A stretch of DNA of 64,000 nt from Eledone cirrhosa (GCA_964016885.1 OZ024759.1:19220001-19284000); one strand, 5' to 3'; counted from the first letter of the stretch, positions 28,355 through 43,016 are shown. Program-made: numbers and translations. Notes: a model not told the origin generated them from the letters alone.

Positions 28355-28830
28355 TAGACGCTTAAAATATCTAGTGTATTGGGGATCGTAAGATCTTTGA
28401 CACATACATCCTACCAGTTGTGTTATATGGTCTTGACTGTGTTAATTGGACGACAAGGTCACTTCAAAAGCCCTCTACATTCCAGAACCACATCATGAGA
28501 CTTATGACTGGCAAGCGGCTCAGCGACCATATCTGTATCAGTGAGCTGCTCAAAATTACCAAACTTAGACCAATTACATCAATTGTCAAGTCAAGAGTAC
28601 TCAAACTATACGGCCATATAAAAAGATCAACTGGTGATGTGAGTAGGTTATGCCTGGGAGGAAGGTTGGCTGGTAGGAGAAGCAGAGGCCGGCAGTCAAA
28701 ACGATGGCTTGACAATGTCAATTCATGGACTGGACTTGATCTTTGCTCTTTGAACTCTGCTGCTGGTGAACGAACTTTGTGGAGAGAGCTATCACATGTT
28801 AATGCTCAGTCTGCAACTGGCGGAGTTTAG
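28355..28830 (+). pseudogene. RTE-clade LINE ORF C-terminal fragment
   Basis: LPVVLYG.DC..W...R.LKLYGHIKR...GRRSRGRQSKRWLDNV..WTG...R.LWR is the typical RTE C-terminal signature. Confidence 0.82.
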
Positions 28831-29973
28831 CGTCACAAGAGAAGCTTCTGAGGCACCGAATATTAATTTCACGAGCACACTGTTCCGAAATACTTGAAAG
28901 ACTACAGGCCTAGCAATAGGTTAATACGTTCCAGTACAGAGCTGAAGCAGCCTAAAAACGTTGATCCACAAATATTAATTACCTGGCAGAGAAACCATCT
29001 AACTGGTAAAGTTATGTGACAAGAGAAAGTACACCGATACTTCATTCCCTTATCAAACAGTCTCTTATATTTTGCTAGTTCATGTGTTTTTATCATTTCG
29101 TGTCTGATATTTATCTGCTTGTGGAAAGTTAAAATGACAATAATATTACGTTTTGATTCTTGCATCAGTATATAAAAAAAATATGTTGCAAAAATCAAAA
29201 CTAAACATACAAAATTCCTTTTTACACAATCAAGCCAAATCATCTTTTTATTTTTTGTATTTTTTTTCTTGCTGGTCGTTAATTTTAACTTGGAGTCAAA
29301 AAAATCTTGCAAATTAGGGTAATTTTTTTCTTCTTTAGCTATATCGGATTCTATTGGAATTTAAAATTATCTGTGTGTTAAATTTCTTATTTCCAAAGAC
29401 TGAAAAATAAATTAACTTTGCATTAATGAGATATCTCTGATTGAGAGGTTCGTCGTTGTGATGATAGCGGTGGCGTTGGTAATGGCGGTGGTGATGGTCA
29501 TCTTGGAATACAAAACAATAACCGTATTTCCGATAGGATTTCAAAGCATCGTTTAATGATTTCCTGCGATTCTTCGATGCTATTGTTAGAAAGTAATTTT
29601 CAGTTATAAAAGACATGCTCCAAACATAGACAGAAATAATTGTTGTTCCAAGACATAAAATGAGTCATTCAACTGATTAATTGACAATCAACAAACATTT
29701 TTGTCTCTGTCACTAACAATATTGTGTTTGATAGTTCACTCCGTAAAGATTGGATTTTCCTCTAAAATTATATTTTTAGCTTTGAGTTCGTAATGGCAGA
29801 AATATAGCATAAACCACTTTTATTTTCGTATTTTCCTAAAGCACTGCTATTCAAGGAATAGGGGCGAGAGGGAGAGAAAGACAGAGTCAGAGAGACAAAG
29901 AGAAACAGAAAAAGAGAGAGACAAAGAGGCGATGAGAAAGAGAGATAGGTAATGACAGAAAGAGAGAAACAAT

Positions 29974-29974
<1 letters not shown>

Positions 29975-30033
<59 letters not shown>

Positions 30034-30741
30034 AAGAGGGACAAAGAAAAAGAGAGAAATAGAGAGAGAGGGGCAAAGGGAGACAGATAGACAGAGAAAA
30101 AGAGAGGAACAGACAGAGGATGAGATAGAGAGAGATGGGAAAGGGAGACAGATAGACAGAAAAAGAGAGGAACAGAGAGAGGATGAGATAGAGAGAGGGG
30201 GGAAAGGGAGACAGATAGACAGAGAAAAAGAGAGGAACAGAGAGAGGATGAGATATAGAGAGAGGGGAAGGGAGACAGATAGACAGAGAAAAAGAGAGGA
30301 ACGGAGAGAGGATGAGATATAGAGAGAGGGGAAAGGGAGACAGAGAAAAAGAGAGGAACAGAGAGAGAGGATGAGATATAGAGAGAGAGGAAAGGGAGAC
30401 AGATAGACAGAGAAAAAGAGAGGAACAGAGAGAGGATGAGATAGAGAGAGAGAGGAAAGGGAGACAGATAGTCAGAGAAAAAGAGAGGAACAGGGAGAGG
30501 ATGAGATAGAGAGAGAGAGGAAAGGGAGACAGATAGTCAGAGAAAAAGAGAGGAACAGAGAGAGGATGAGATAGAGAGAGAGAGGAAAGGGAGACAGATA
30601 GACAGAGAAAAAGAGAGGAACGGAGAGAGGATGAGATAGAGAGAGAGGGGAAAGGGAGACAGATAGACAGAGAAAAAGAGATAGGGCAAAGAGAGACAGA
30701 GATATAGAGAAGAAGGGAGAGGGGGAAATGGATACAGACGT

Positions 30742-30805
<64 letters not shown>
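29975..30805. repeat. Polypurine ~58-60-bp minisatellite between (GA)n tracts
   Basis: About 10 copies of GAGAGGATGAGATAGAGAGAG..GGAAAGGGAGACAGATAGACAGAGAAAAAGAGAGGAAC. Confidence 0.9.
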
Positions 30806-31820
30806 GGATGAGAGGAAATGTAATAAAAGCAACGAAAAAATTGTGAAGTACGGAGATTGTGAGATATTTTCCTCGAGTAGAATATATGATGAGTTAGCTA
30901 GAATAGATTAGATCTGAGGAACATCAACTTAGAAATATCTTACGAAGCTGATGACTGTCAGAGATGTATACATTACGCGAAGTCATATTCCTGAAAAATA
31001 TATTGCTTGTAGGCGCAGCATGGCCCAAGGGTTAAGGAGTTCGCTTTGCAATTATTGGGTCCCGAGTTCGACCCCACTGCGAGGTATCTTGGTCAAGTGT
31101 CATTTGCCGTAGCCTCGGATCGACACAGGCCTCTTGGGAGGAAGGAAATTGTTAGAAAAGACCGTCTAGGTGTCGGCTGAAAGGTTCATATGCTGACCAA
31201 GATACTCTCATGGAATGACCAAATGAGGTATATTTTTCAACATAGTCCCCAGATAGAAACAATGCAGTTATTATTAAGGATTGATTAGCGGTATTGGTAG
31301 AGCGTCAGACACCATGCTTTGCAGCATAGAGTTATGGCCCTTTATGTGCTGAGTTCAAATCCCGCCGAGGTTAACTTTGCCTTTCATCCTTACAAGTTCG
31401 ATAAAATAGAGTACCAGTAATGTACTGAGGTAATTGCTGGCCTTGTGCCTAAAGTAGAAAGAATTATAAGACTATATTATAGTCAGTGTTGACACCCGTC
31501 TTTTCCCTTTCAGTGGGTTTTTACACCCCATTATTAGTGGATTGGCAATACCGGTAGAGTGGCGCATACTCTGCTTTGCACCATAGAGTTATGGCCCTTT
31601 ATATTCTGAGTTCAAATCCCGCCGAGGTTAGCTTTGCCTTTCATCCTTACGGGGCTCGATAAAATAAAGCACCAGTAATGCACTGGCGGTCGATTTGGTC
31701 GACATTCTCTTCCCCTTCAAATTGCTGGCCTTGTGCCAAAAGTAGAAACAATTATAAGACTATATTATTGTCAGTGTTGATACCCGTCTTTTCCCGTTCA
31801 GTGTGCTTTTACGCCCCATT

Positions 31821-32278
31821 ATTAGAGTACATAGAGTTACGGCCCTTGCCATTCTGAGTTCAAATCCCGCCGAGGTTAACTTTGCCTTTCATCCTTACGG
31901 GGTCGATAAAATAAAGTACCAGTAATGCACTGGGTAATTGCTGGCCTTGTGCCTAAAGTAGAAACAATTATTAGAGTACATAGAGTTACGGCCCTTGTTA
32001 TTCTGAGTTCAAATCCCGCCGAGGTTAACTTTGCCTTTCATCCTTACGGGGTCGATAAAATAAAGTACCAGTAATGCACTGGGTAATTGCTGGCCTTGTG
32101 CCTAAAGTAGAAACAATTATTAGAGTACATAGAGTTACGGCCCTTGTTATTCTGAGTTCAAATCCCGCCGAGGTTAACTTTGCCTTTCATCCTTACGGGG
32201 TCGATAAAATAAAATACCAGTAATGCACTGGGTAATTGCTGGCCTTGTGCCCAAAGTAGAAACAATTATTAGACTACA
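31821..32278 (+). repeat. Three tandem 149-bp units, each a 5'-truncated SINE
   Basis: ATTAGAGTAC recurs at 31821, 31970 and 32119, with ATTAGACTAC at 32268. Confidence 0.92.
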
Positions 32279-34171
32279 TTATAGTAACAAAAATATTACA
32301 TCGAAGCTTCTATTTCTATTTCAGTTCTAAACTTCACTCGCCGCGTTCCAAACGTACTTCCTTTGTCTATAGTTAGTTTCATTTCAAAATTCTTTAAGTT
32401 TATTAAATGAATCTAAACTTACCGACACGTTACGCAACTGTCTTTTATTTATTATATGACATACACAGAGAATCAGAATACCGAGGCCAATAATATTGCT
32501 TCCGTTAGCTTCTCTAAACTGACAATCTTCTAAGTTATGTGTCAAAAACATTATTAACGCCAACGATGAATAAAAGGTGTATTTCAATCCACAATAATAG
32601 AAAACTACGAATTATATTTTCAAAGTTCTATGAACTGAATTTATAACAATGTCTGTGACCTATTAAAATGACAACGTGGAAAATGTCTTTGGTTCTCAAA
32701 CTTCTTTGATTCTATCTATATGTATGGCTTTTCTTCTCATTATTCACATTTGAGACTCAGCAAATATTTCAAAGTTCATTTGTTATTGTAAATCGTCAAT
32801 TCATGAGAGCGGCAAAGATAATTTCGTTTTCACAAGTAATTGATGAGACCTAGTGTTAATATCTTGAAGCTATTTTGGTTTTTGAAGATTTCCTTTTTCG
32901 TATATATTGGGTTTTCTTGAAATTACATTTTAGCGTCACTGCGATATATGTTTGTCTTCCGAGAAAGACTCATAATGAGTTGCAGTGGAACCTCGGGTCA
33001 CGGTTTTAATTCGTTCCTGAAGGCCGTTTGTCACCCGAAATGTTCGTGAACTGAATCTATAATAATAGTTTCTTGTATAGGCACAAGGCCACCAAGTTTG
33101 GAGGAGGTGAAAGTCGATTAAATCGACCCCAGTACATGACTGGTACTTTATTTTATCGACCCCGTAAGGATGAAAGGCAAAGTTAATCTTGGTGGGATTT
33201 GAACTCAGATCATAAAGGACCGCAACTCTATGCTGCAAAGCATGGCGTCCGACCCTCTACCGATACTGCCAATCCACCACCCTCACCGAAGCTGTAATAA
33301 TAATAGGTGGTTCAGTAGGGATGAGATTTCGGCTTTGCTTGACTAACACGTCTAATGAGCAGATCGGACAGGAGTCGGATGTATAGCAATAATGTAGACC
33401 CTGAGCCACATATCTGTGAAACGGTCGCAACAGTGTATCACCTATAAAGATCTTAATGTGAAACCTCGCTTTGTCTTAAATATATATATATATATATATA
33501 AAGAATTAGTATATCTACCAACATATATATACAGATGCATATCTTGGCTAGCAAATATATAGGTTTTGTCTTAGTAACTTTGTGGTTCAATGCAAGGGGA
33601 TGCAGAACAATTATATGTTGGTAGATATACTAATTCTTTATAATTATCTCAAAATTATTTTGTTGAGCAAAAATTTGCCAAAACTGCTACTATAGTTCAT
33701 AGTAATAGTTCGGCTACTGTCTTCTTAACACCCCACACCTCACTGATTAACCTCGATGTCACGTGATTGATTCTTTTGAATTTGCCACCGACCAAGTAGG
33801 CAGTGATTTTTTCAATGTCTTGGAACTTAGTCCACGCTTTGCTTTTTTCCATCCACTGAATTATTCTCGTATAAGTTCCCTGTGTCCACGCATTGCCTGG
33901 GAACTTAGCTGAGAATAGACTTCCCTGATGACGAAAGGCTTTCTCCATGTGTTCCTTCGGAAACCATGTTTATTCCCTTTCAGAAACTAATTAGTTGGAG
34001 TGAAATTTTAGTAAGTAAGTTAATTTTTATAATTTTCTTATTTTACGTCTTTCATATATATATATATATAAGACAAAGCGAGGTTTCACATTAAGATCTT
34101 TATAGGTGATAGATTAAAGTGCATGTATTATGAAATACTGTTGGCTTCACGCTCACAATAATTTCTATACT

Positions 34172-34217
<46 letters not shown>

Positions 34218-34365
34218 ATACTTGGGGAGGGTCATATTTGCGTAATATTGCCAGAATTAATAACAGAACACACTCACTGTTTGGTTGGTTTTCGCTTCTC
34301 GCTGTCTTTTATATCTGCGATCTAACTTACTCGGTCCTCAATGTTGCCATTGACTGACCGGCGGT

Positions 34366-34426
<61 letters not shown>

Positions 34427-35439
34427 ATGAATGCTTCTTCATATGTTGTTTAATTTCAAGTATATTTATTCTGTAAGGTGTCTTTTATACTGAATCTACA
34501 ATTTATTTCCATATATTTTTCCATTTTTTTTACACATCTCATGCGTTCATAAAGTAGAAATGTATGTATGTATGGGTGCATGCATGTATGTATTTCTGAT
34601 TGTATGTATGCATGTTTGTGTTATGCATGTGTGTGTATATATACATATATATATGTATGTGTATATATATATATATATATATAAAATCAAAAGATGGTTA
34701 AAAGTGTTCCATGTATTATGCATGTGGGTATATATGAGGGTGTGTATATATGTACATATATATATATATATGTGTGTGTGTGTATGTGTGTGTACGTGTA
34801 CGTAGGTGTGTCTTTGTGTGTATGATTGTACTCAATTTGGAACAGCAATTGTAAAATAGAATTATATCGGAAATACGGAATAAAATAACAAAGCGGCTAC
34901 ATTGGAATTGTATATAAACATTTCCTGCCATTTCTTGTGTAAACATCGCTATTTTCAATTGTCACAATGGGAGTTCCAAGTAACACCAGTGCATAATCAT
35001 TTACAAGATCAAACCAGAATATGTTTGATTCAGTGCGATGTATGCAGGCTTAACACCTCTTAATATTTTTATTGTACAGCAGTTCTGAGATTCTGGCTAG
35101 CAATAGCTGAGATTTCTTAATTAAAATTACGTACTATTAGATATGTAAAGCTCGCTACTGCGTGATGTAATACAGTTTTACGAGATTAATATATATTTCA
35201 CTGTTAATGTGTCTTGAGAAGTTTCGTAATCCTTGTCTTAATGTCGGCGACGCTATTTATCTTAAAGGTGGCGAATTGGCCGAGTCAGTAGAAAGTTGGA
35301 TAGAGTGCTTTGTGGTATTCGTTCTGACCCTCTACTCTCTGAGTTTCAAGTCCCACCAAGGTCAACTTTTCCCTACATCCTTTCGAGATCGATAAAATAA
35401 AAGTATCAGTTTAGTACTGGAGTCGATTCTTCCTCTATA

Positions 35440-35530
<91 letters not shown>

Positions 35531-36034
35531 TTTCTCTCTCTCTCTTACACACACACACAAACACATTCTCTGGAAGAAATCTGCTATACTCAGGCCTGAA
35601 GAGGTATGGGTTCCACTAGACTTGAAATGCCCAAGAAATCCGTACATGTACGTCAATATGGCGCCTCTACGACGCCCTCGTCGTACATATTATTATAGGG
35701 GAGTTGGCAGTATCAGTAGAAGGTCGGACGCCATGCTTTACAGCACAGAGTTACGCCCCTTTATAGTCAAATCCCGCCGAGGTTCAATATGCCTTTCATC
35801 CTTACGGGGTTGATAAAAATAAAATACAAATAAATACACTGGGATAATTGCTGGCCTTGTGCCAAAAGTAGAAACAATTATTAGATATGTAAAGCTGGCT
35901 ACTGCATGATGTAATGCAGTTTTATGGGATTATGATATATTTCACTGTTAATGTGTCTTGAGAAATTGAGTAATCTCTGTCTTAATGTCGGCGACGTTAT
36001 TTACACGTTTGTCCATCTATCTATCTATCTAAGG

Positions 36035-36210
36035 CGGGTAAAATTCCCGAGATCCATGGACGAGTTCTCTCCAGCGGTCTCTGTCCCTCGTTATCGCTGC
36101 CATGTCCTGCATCTCCTACAGACCAGTGTCTGTCCTTAGGGCATCAACATACGTTAACCTTGGTCTTCCTCTTCTAGTGTGTCCATGTCGGGGCTCCCAA
36201 AGGAGTACTG
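36035..36210 (-). pseudogene. RTE-clade LINE 3' end
   Basis: Minus translation VLLWEPRHGHTRRGRPRLTYVDALRTDTGL*EMQDMAAITRDRDRWRELV. Confidence 0.78.
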
Positions 36211-36477
36211 AGTGCAATGTCAACTCTGGATGTCGGTTGTCCATATTTCTTATTAACACCACATATCTCATCATTTACCGAAGAACGGACGCGAGGAGGT
36301 TGAAGTTCTGTGGCTTTCTTACAAAGGTAGTGACGTGTAAACGATGTGGTCGTCTTCAATGTTTTTTTACCATGTTTTACCATGTTTTACCATGTTTTAC
36401 CATGTTTTTTTACCATGTTCTACATGGTATCACAAACAACGTATACATGTCTACATGAGTCGATTCACAAGGATCTT

Positions 36478-36800
36478 ACGAGAGTAGGCTGAAACGTTCA
36501 TAGGGGGACTCTAGTGAAGGAATGATGCTAGAGATGTGAAATCTTGTATGTCTTAATTTCCACTCTTATTAATAACTGTATCGTTTCCTTCCAGGGACTA
36601 TTTTGAAAATATAGATAAACCTCAATTTGGTCATTCGTTGAGAGTATCTTGGTCAACCTATTAACTTTTCAGCCTACACACACACACATACGAGGGTCGG
36701 CTGAAACAGTTCATATGCTGACTATGAAGGAGTGATGCTAGAGCTGTGAAATCTTGCATGCGTTAATTTCTACGCTTCATACTAATAACTACATTCTTTC
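36478..36800. mobile_element. Mariner-like MITE remnants; related ends at ~5320-5380 and 31170-31250
   Basis: TA|CGAG(G/A)GT.GGCTGAAA.GTTCATA termini at 36478 and 36691, and an inverted end ...AACTTTTCAGCCTAC at ~36677. Confidence 0.6.
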
Positions 36801-36824
36801 TAATATCTGTGAAATTCTTGGCCG

Positions 36825-38135
36825 TCTGTTCTAAGCCGAAGGCCCACCAGGCCGGTGCTGATACCCGATTTCTTTGGGGTTTAGACGACTGAGAGTACAA
36901 GACTCTCCCTGGACACGACGCCGGTCTATCGCAGGATTAACTCTCCAGCTACCGCTGGTACTCAATCAAAGTCGAAGGCCGACCAGGCCGGTGCTGATAC
37001 CCGATTTCTTTGGGGTTTAGACGACTGAGAGTACAAGACTCTCCCTGGACACGACGCCGGTCTATCGCAGGATTAACTCTCCAGCTACCGCTGGTACTCA
37101 ATCAAAGTCGAAGGCCGACCAGGCCGGTGCTGATACCCGATTTCTTTGGGGTTTAGACGACTGAGAGTACAAGACTCTCCCTGGACATGACGCCGGTCTA
37201 TCGCAGGATTAACTCTCCAGTTACCGCTGGTACTCAATCAAAGTCGAAGGCCCACCAGGCCGGTGCTGATACCCGATTTCTTTGAGGTTTAGACGACTGA
37301 GAGTACAAGACTCTCCCTGGACATGACGCCGGTCTATCGCAGGATTAACTCTCCAGTTACCGCTGGTACTCAATCAAAGTCGAAGGCCCACCAGGCCGGT
37401 GCTGATACCCGATTTCCTTGGGGTTAAGCGACTGAGAGTACAAGACTCTCCCTGGACAGGACGCTGGTCTATCGTAGGATTAACTCTCCAGCTACCGCTG
37501 GTACTCAATCAAAGTCGAAGGCCCACCAGGCCGGTGCTGATACCCGATTTCTTTGGGGTTAAGCGACTGAGAGTACAAGACTCTCCCTGGACAGGACGCT
37601 GGTCTATCGTAGGATTAACTCTCCAGCTACCGCTGGTACTCAATCAAAGTCGAAGGCCCACCAGGCCGGTGCTGATACCCGATTTCTTTGGGGTTTAGAC
37701 GACTGAGAGTACAAGACTCTCCCTGGACAGGACGCTGGTCTATCGTAGGATTAACTCTCCAGCTACCGCTGGTACTCAATCAAAGTCGAAGGCCCACCAG
37801 GCCGGTGCTGATACCCGATTTCTTTGGGGTTTAGACGACTGAGAGTACAAGACTCTCCCTGGACAGGACGCTGGTCTATCGTAGGATTAACTCTCCAGCT
37901 ACCGCTGGTACTCAATCAAAGTCGAAGGCCCACCAGGCCGGTGCTGATACCCGATTTCTTTGGGGTTTAGACGACTGAGAGTACAAGACTCTCCCTGGAC
38001 ATTACGCCTGTCTATTGCAGGTGCTCACTCATCATGCCGGTTTCCTTGATGTTATAGCAACTGAGAGTAGAAGGCTCTCCCTGGATAGGACGCCGGTCTA
38101 TCGCAGGTTCAACTCCCCAGCTACTACTGGTACTC
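36825..38135 (-). repeat. Tandem array of 135-136-bp units (~8.6 copies plus one diverged), resembling a SINE 3' half on the minus strand
   Basis: GCCGGTGCTGATACCCG starts at 36851, 36987, 37123, 37259, 37395, 37530, 37665, 37801 and 37937. Confidence 0.92.
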
Positions 38136-38145
38136 CCCCCCCCTC

Positions 38146-38178
<33 letters not shown>

Positions 38179-38296
38179 AGCTGAGTATAGTGTACTGGAG
38201 CAACGTGAAATACATGCACATTAATTTCACAAGCAGGCTGTTCCACTGATCGAATCAACTGGTAAAGTCGTCGTCGTTGAAACCGACGGAAGTCCA

Positions 38297-38380
<84 letters not shown>

Positions 38381-38558
38381 CGTCATCCACACACATGCAC
38401 CTACATCCACATCCACACACACATACATATATACTTATGTACATAAATACATACATACACACATACATATACTTATGTACATAAATACATACATACACAC
38501 ACAGATACATACATATATGCATATATGCATACATACATACATACATACATACATTCAT

Positions 38559-38589
<31 letters not shown>

Positions 38590-38755
38590 TACATACATAC
38601 ATACATACATACACACACATACACACATACATACATACACACATACATACATACATACAAACACACACATACATACATACATACATACATACACACACAT
38701 ACATACATACACACACACACATACACACACACACACACACACACATACATACATA

Positions 38756-38797
<42 letters not shown>

Positions 38798-39232
38798 TAC
38801 ATACATACATACACACATACATACACACACACATACATACACACACACACATACATACATGCATACATAAACAGCTTGTATGAGTAGATACAGCGTTAAC
38901 GTCGATGTATCTTCTACAGCTCTCAAGACATTCTATCCTATTTAAATATTACTGTTCGGTAATATTTACGCTATTCGAGGAGTTCGACAATGTTTAACGA
39001 AGTGCGAGCTGAAAGGAAATTGACATTGTGAATCTCCTGTAAATCCAGCAGGGAAAAAGGTTACAATTATGATGATGGTAGTACGATATATCTCTGTATA
39101 TTGATAACTGAATAACTTACTTTTACAACAATAACAGATGTATATAAACACATGCAGATCAATTCAGTAAAGAGCTCCAAAACGAAGAAAGCAGCTTCTT
39201 CTAATAAAGGGAGGTAAGAAAAGTATAGAATT

Positions 39233-39271
<39 letters not shown>

Positions 39272-40103
39272 GAATGAAAGAAAAGAGGGGAAAGGTAAGG
39301 TAGGAATTTATGCATGGCTTATTATTTATTGGAAAGGAAATTATATAACTCAGAAGAGATAATTCTACTATCGCATGTAGAGATATAAATACAAATAATG
39401 TATATTGGAAACGATGTATATTTGAAATATGTATATGAAAAAAAAAAAAAAATGGCGAATTGGTAGAGTCGTTAGAACGTCGGATACAATGCTTTCCAGT
39501 ATTCATTCCAACTCTCTTCTCTCTGAGTTCAAATACCGTAGAGGTCAACTTTCCTTTCATCCATTTAAGGTCGATAAAAAAAGTGCCATAGTACTGCGGT
39601 CGATTCTTCCTCTATAACTCTTCCATTTCCATTCTCTCACACCCTCTATTCTTCTCTGGAAGAAATCTGCTGTATTCAGACCTGGAGAGGAGATTGACCT
39701 CGACAGGTTTAAAATGCCCTTGAAACGCCATATCTCAATATGGCGCCCCTCGCGGGATATGGATCCATATATACATATTTGAAAAGATGTATATTTGAAA
39801 TCTGTATATTGGAAAATATGTATATTTGAAAAGATAAATTTATTGCAGATATGTAAAAATAGGTAGAAAACTTTTGCCTGTTTCACAGCTTGTTGATCGT
39901 TCATCAGAAGAAACCGGCCACCCGTTGTGTAAAATCCCGGATAACAGGCTACTGAATCGGTAAAAAATAAAGTATAAGACTATATTTGACGTTTAACACC
40001 TTTTCCCCAGAATTAAACCCAATAATCATATATATGTGTGTGTTTGTGTGTAGGTATATATATATATATATGCGTGTGTGCGTGTGTGTGTGTGTGTGTG
40101 TGC

Positions 40104-40171
<68 letters not shown>

Positions 40172-40326
40172 GCGTATATATACTTATACACACACACACA
40201 TATATATATGCATGTATACATATGTATGTGTGAGTGTGTGTATAACTATTTATACATGTATATATATATTCGTGCGCGTGCACGTATATACATGCACACA
40301 CACACACATATATATATATATACATG

Positions 40327-40381
<55 letters not shown>

Positions 40382-40615
40382 TAATAAAAACAATGAATAA
40401 AAACAAAGAAACAGTTCCTTATATTAAAAATTCTTTTAATATAAGGAATTGTTTAATATAAGGAACTGTTTGTTTTTATTCATTGTTTTTATTAATTTAT
40501 CTCTGTTTTCCTGATTTTTATCGAAAAAAATTTTGAATACATCTTCTCTTTTCATATTTGGATTACATTGAGTTCTTCATACGGATTGGACACTACCGTA
40601 TATTTTTGGTAGATT

Positions 40616-40670
<55 letters not shown>

Positions 40671-43016
40671 TTATATATATAAACAAATAGTAGAAAGGAA
40701 AAAGGTTTTTTTTTCCGTAAAAAATGAAGAGATTTTTTAGTGAAATTTGAAAACATTAATTTATTTACAATACCGGTTTCAGCATTAAATGCATTGTCAA
40801 TTGAGGGTTTGCAGAATATTGTTAAGTTGCATATTTTGTACAAATAGTGAAGATAATGATGATAACAAAGAGAGAAAAAAAAAGAAAATATAAACAGGGA
40901 AGAAAAGTTAATTTTCACATACGTTTTGCTTTCAGAGAGGAAAGTCGTATTTTCAGTCCATCTTTTTCTGCTGATGGCTTTGTTGTGAGGGTAGAAGCAG
41001 GAGGGGAGAGAAGGGGGGGGGGGATGTTGAATAGCGGATACAAGGTTTGGCTGGGATTGGTTTGAAAGGCTGGGTGACCTTAGAGTTGACGGAGGGGGGG
41101 GGGGGGGCTAAAAATATCTGTCTTGGTATTTTTTCTTAGAAGAGATCATCATTGACCTACTTTTTTTTTTTGCCACAAAGAAGATTTAGAGTTATTGAAA
41201 TATTAATTCCATCCCTAGTAGTAATTTTAGATTTAGGGGGATGGAGAGAAAGTTTTGCTATAAAGAGGAGTTCAGAGCCACTGGAATACCCATGCTATCT
41301 TCAGCAGAAGCTTCCAGATTCAGGGGAATTATATATATATGAGAGAGAGAGCTAGAAAACCATACAGAAGCTCACGTTTACATGGCTATATCTGTAGTAA
41401 GAAATTTACAAACCTCTGTGCAAATAGTTTGGTATCAGTCGTCGCTAACCAAACGACAAAAGGAGAAAAGACAGTACTAACGAACTGCCGCCATTTTATT
41501 GATATCAATCAATAACTTAGAACAGTTCTTTGAAAAAAAATGATAAAGAAATAAAATGGAGGTCTATTGTACAGCATAATAGTTGAATATCACAATGTGT
41601 TGAGACCTATAGAATGTAATTCATATCACATCAATTTGTACTTCTACTTGGAGCAATTGCCTTACAGGCTGTCATGTTTTATCAGCATCTATAGAAGTGG
41701 CTTCAATAAGATGTTTATTATTCAAATTGTGAAGAATATATTGAGGGGATGTAAATTAGCACCCGCAGTTAAAATGGCGTCCTTCAATATGTCTTCTTGA
41801 AATCATTAGCTTTGTTTTTTTTGCTGTTGTTGCTGTCGTTGTTGTTTTTTCTGTTGTTGTTTTTTTGTTTCGTTTTTTTTTTTGTTGTTGTTTTTTTTTT
41901 ACCATATCTGGTCACACCTCAAACTCAATTTATGCTACTGGACAATTATTATACGTAAAGTAATGTTTTCGTGACAAAGGAAAATAAGACGACAGGAGTG
42001 AAAAAGTGTACATGTCAAAACATTGGGTTGGTAGACGGAGGGCGGGGTAGGCGAGGAATCTACATGATAAAAAATGGACCCCCCCCCTCCCCTCCCCCCT
42101 AAAAAAAGGCAAGAAAAATAGAACAAAATTTCCATTATACCAATAGATTTTCAATAACTGAGGAAATCAAATTTAAATTTATTTTCGGTTTTGTTTTTTT
42201 CAATATCATGTATGCTGCAAATATGTACTATATAATAATTTTATCGTTGATAAACATTATTGAGAAATCTCAGGGCCAATCTCAGACGTCAGGTCATGTG
42301 GGACCGGACCCATTTTACAGCCCTTGACACTTTACCAGGCCCTTTTTTGTTTCGGTATTGACTATCATGTAGCTAATTTTGAAGTCCCCTAATTGTAATG
42401 GTAAAGTGTGTTTCAACAGCTGTTCTCAGTATTTCAAATTCAACTCCTCTTGGGCGACATTCTTTCTGTCCCTGGAGACGACGAGGAAAAGTGACCGTTC
42501 GCCCTGGGTGACACTTTCGGATCTGTTGTATATATTTGAGCAATGTGGTTGGATAACATCCATGAGCTCTGCTGGTCTCGCTTAGGTATCCAGCCGGATA
42601 AATTAGATACGGTTGCTCCTGACAGGACCTGCTGAAAGGTGAGTTTGAGGACTCTGGCCCCACGACCCTCCCAGGAATAAGTGAGCAAAGAAAAAGAAGA
42701 AATAGGATGTTACCCTTAGAATTCACATATCAAGTTGGTCACAGTATTTGAATTACTGTAAGAGGATTTTGATAGGCCTCTCTCTCTAGACTGTGTCTAT
42801 GTCAGTTATGATTTGACTTATTATTATTTCTACTATGTACCCTAACTATATTACATATACAGGGTCATCTTTTTGACTGAAATCCTCTTTTCTAAAACGG
42901 GAACAACTATCAACTACACATGTTTGTAAACAACATTGAAAATAAAAAGTATGGAAGCGTTGATTAGATTTGAAATTCTTAGATGTTGGAATCCCAGAAA
43001 ATAACTGTAGCCACAG

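Noticed and set aside
33925-33936. CTGATGACGAAA, and isolated CTGATGA at 30948 and 52069, as hammerheads
   Set aside because: No stem I or stem II pairing; expected by chance.
33697-33948. 83-aa minus ORF as a transposase HTH fragment
   Set aside because: Only a vague resemblance, with no diagnostic motif that I can confirm without a search.
36825-38135. Possible CRISPR array or retrozyme
   Set aside because: Whole units repeat with no unique spacers, the context is eukaryotic, and I found no CUGANGA/GAAA hammerhead fold on either strand.
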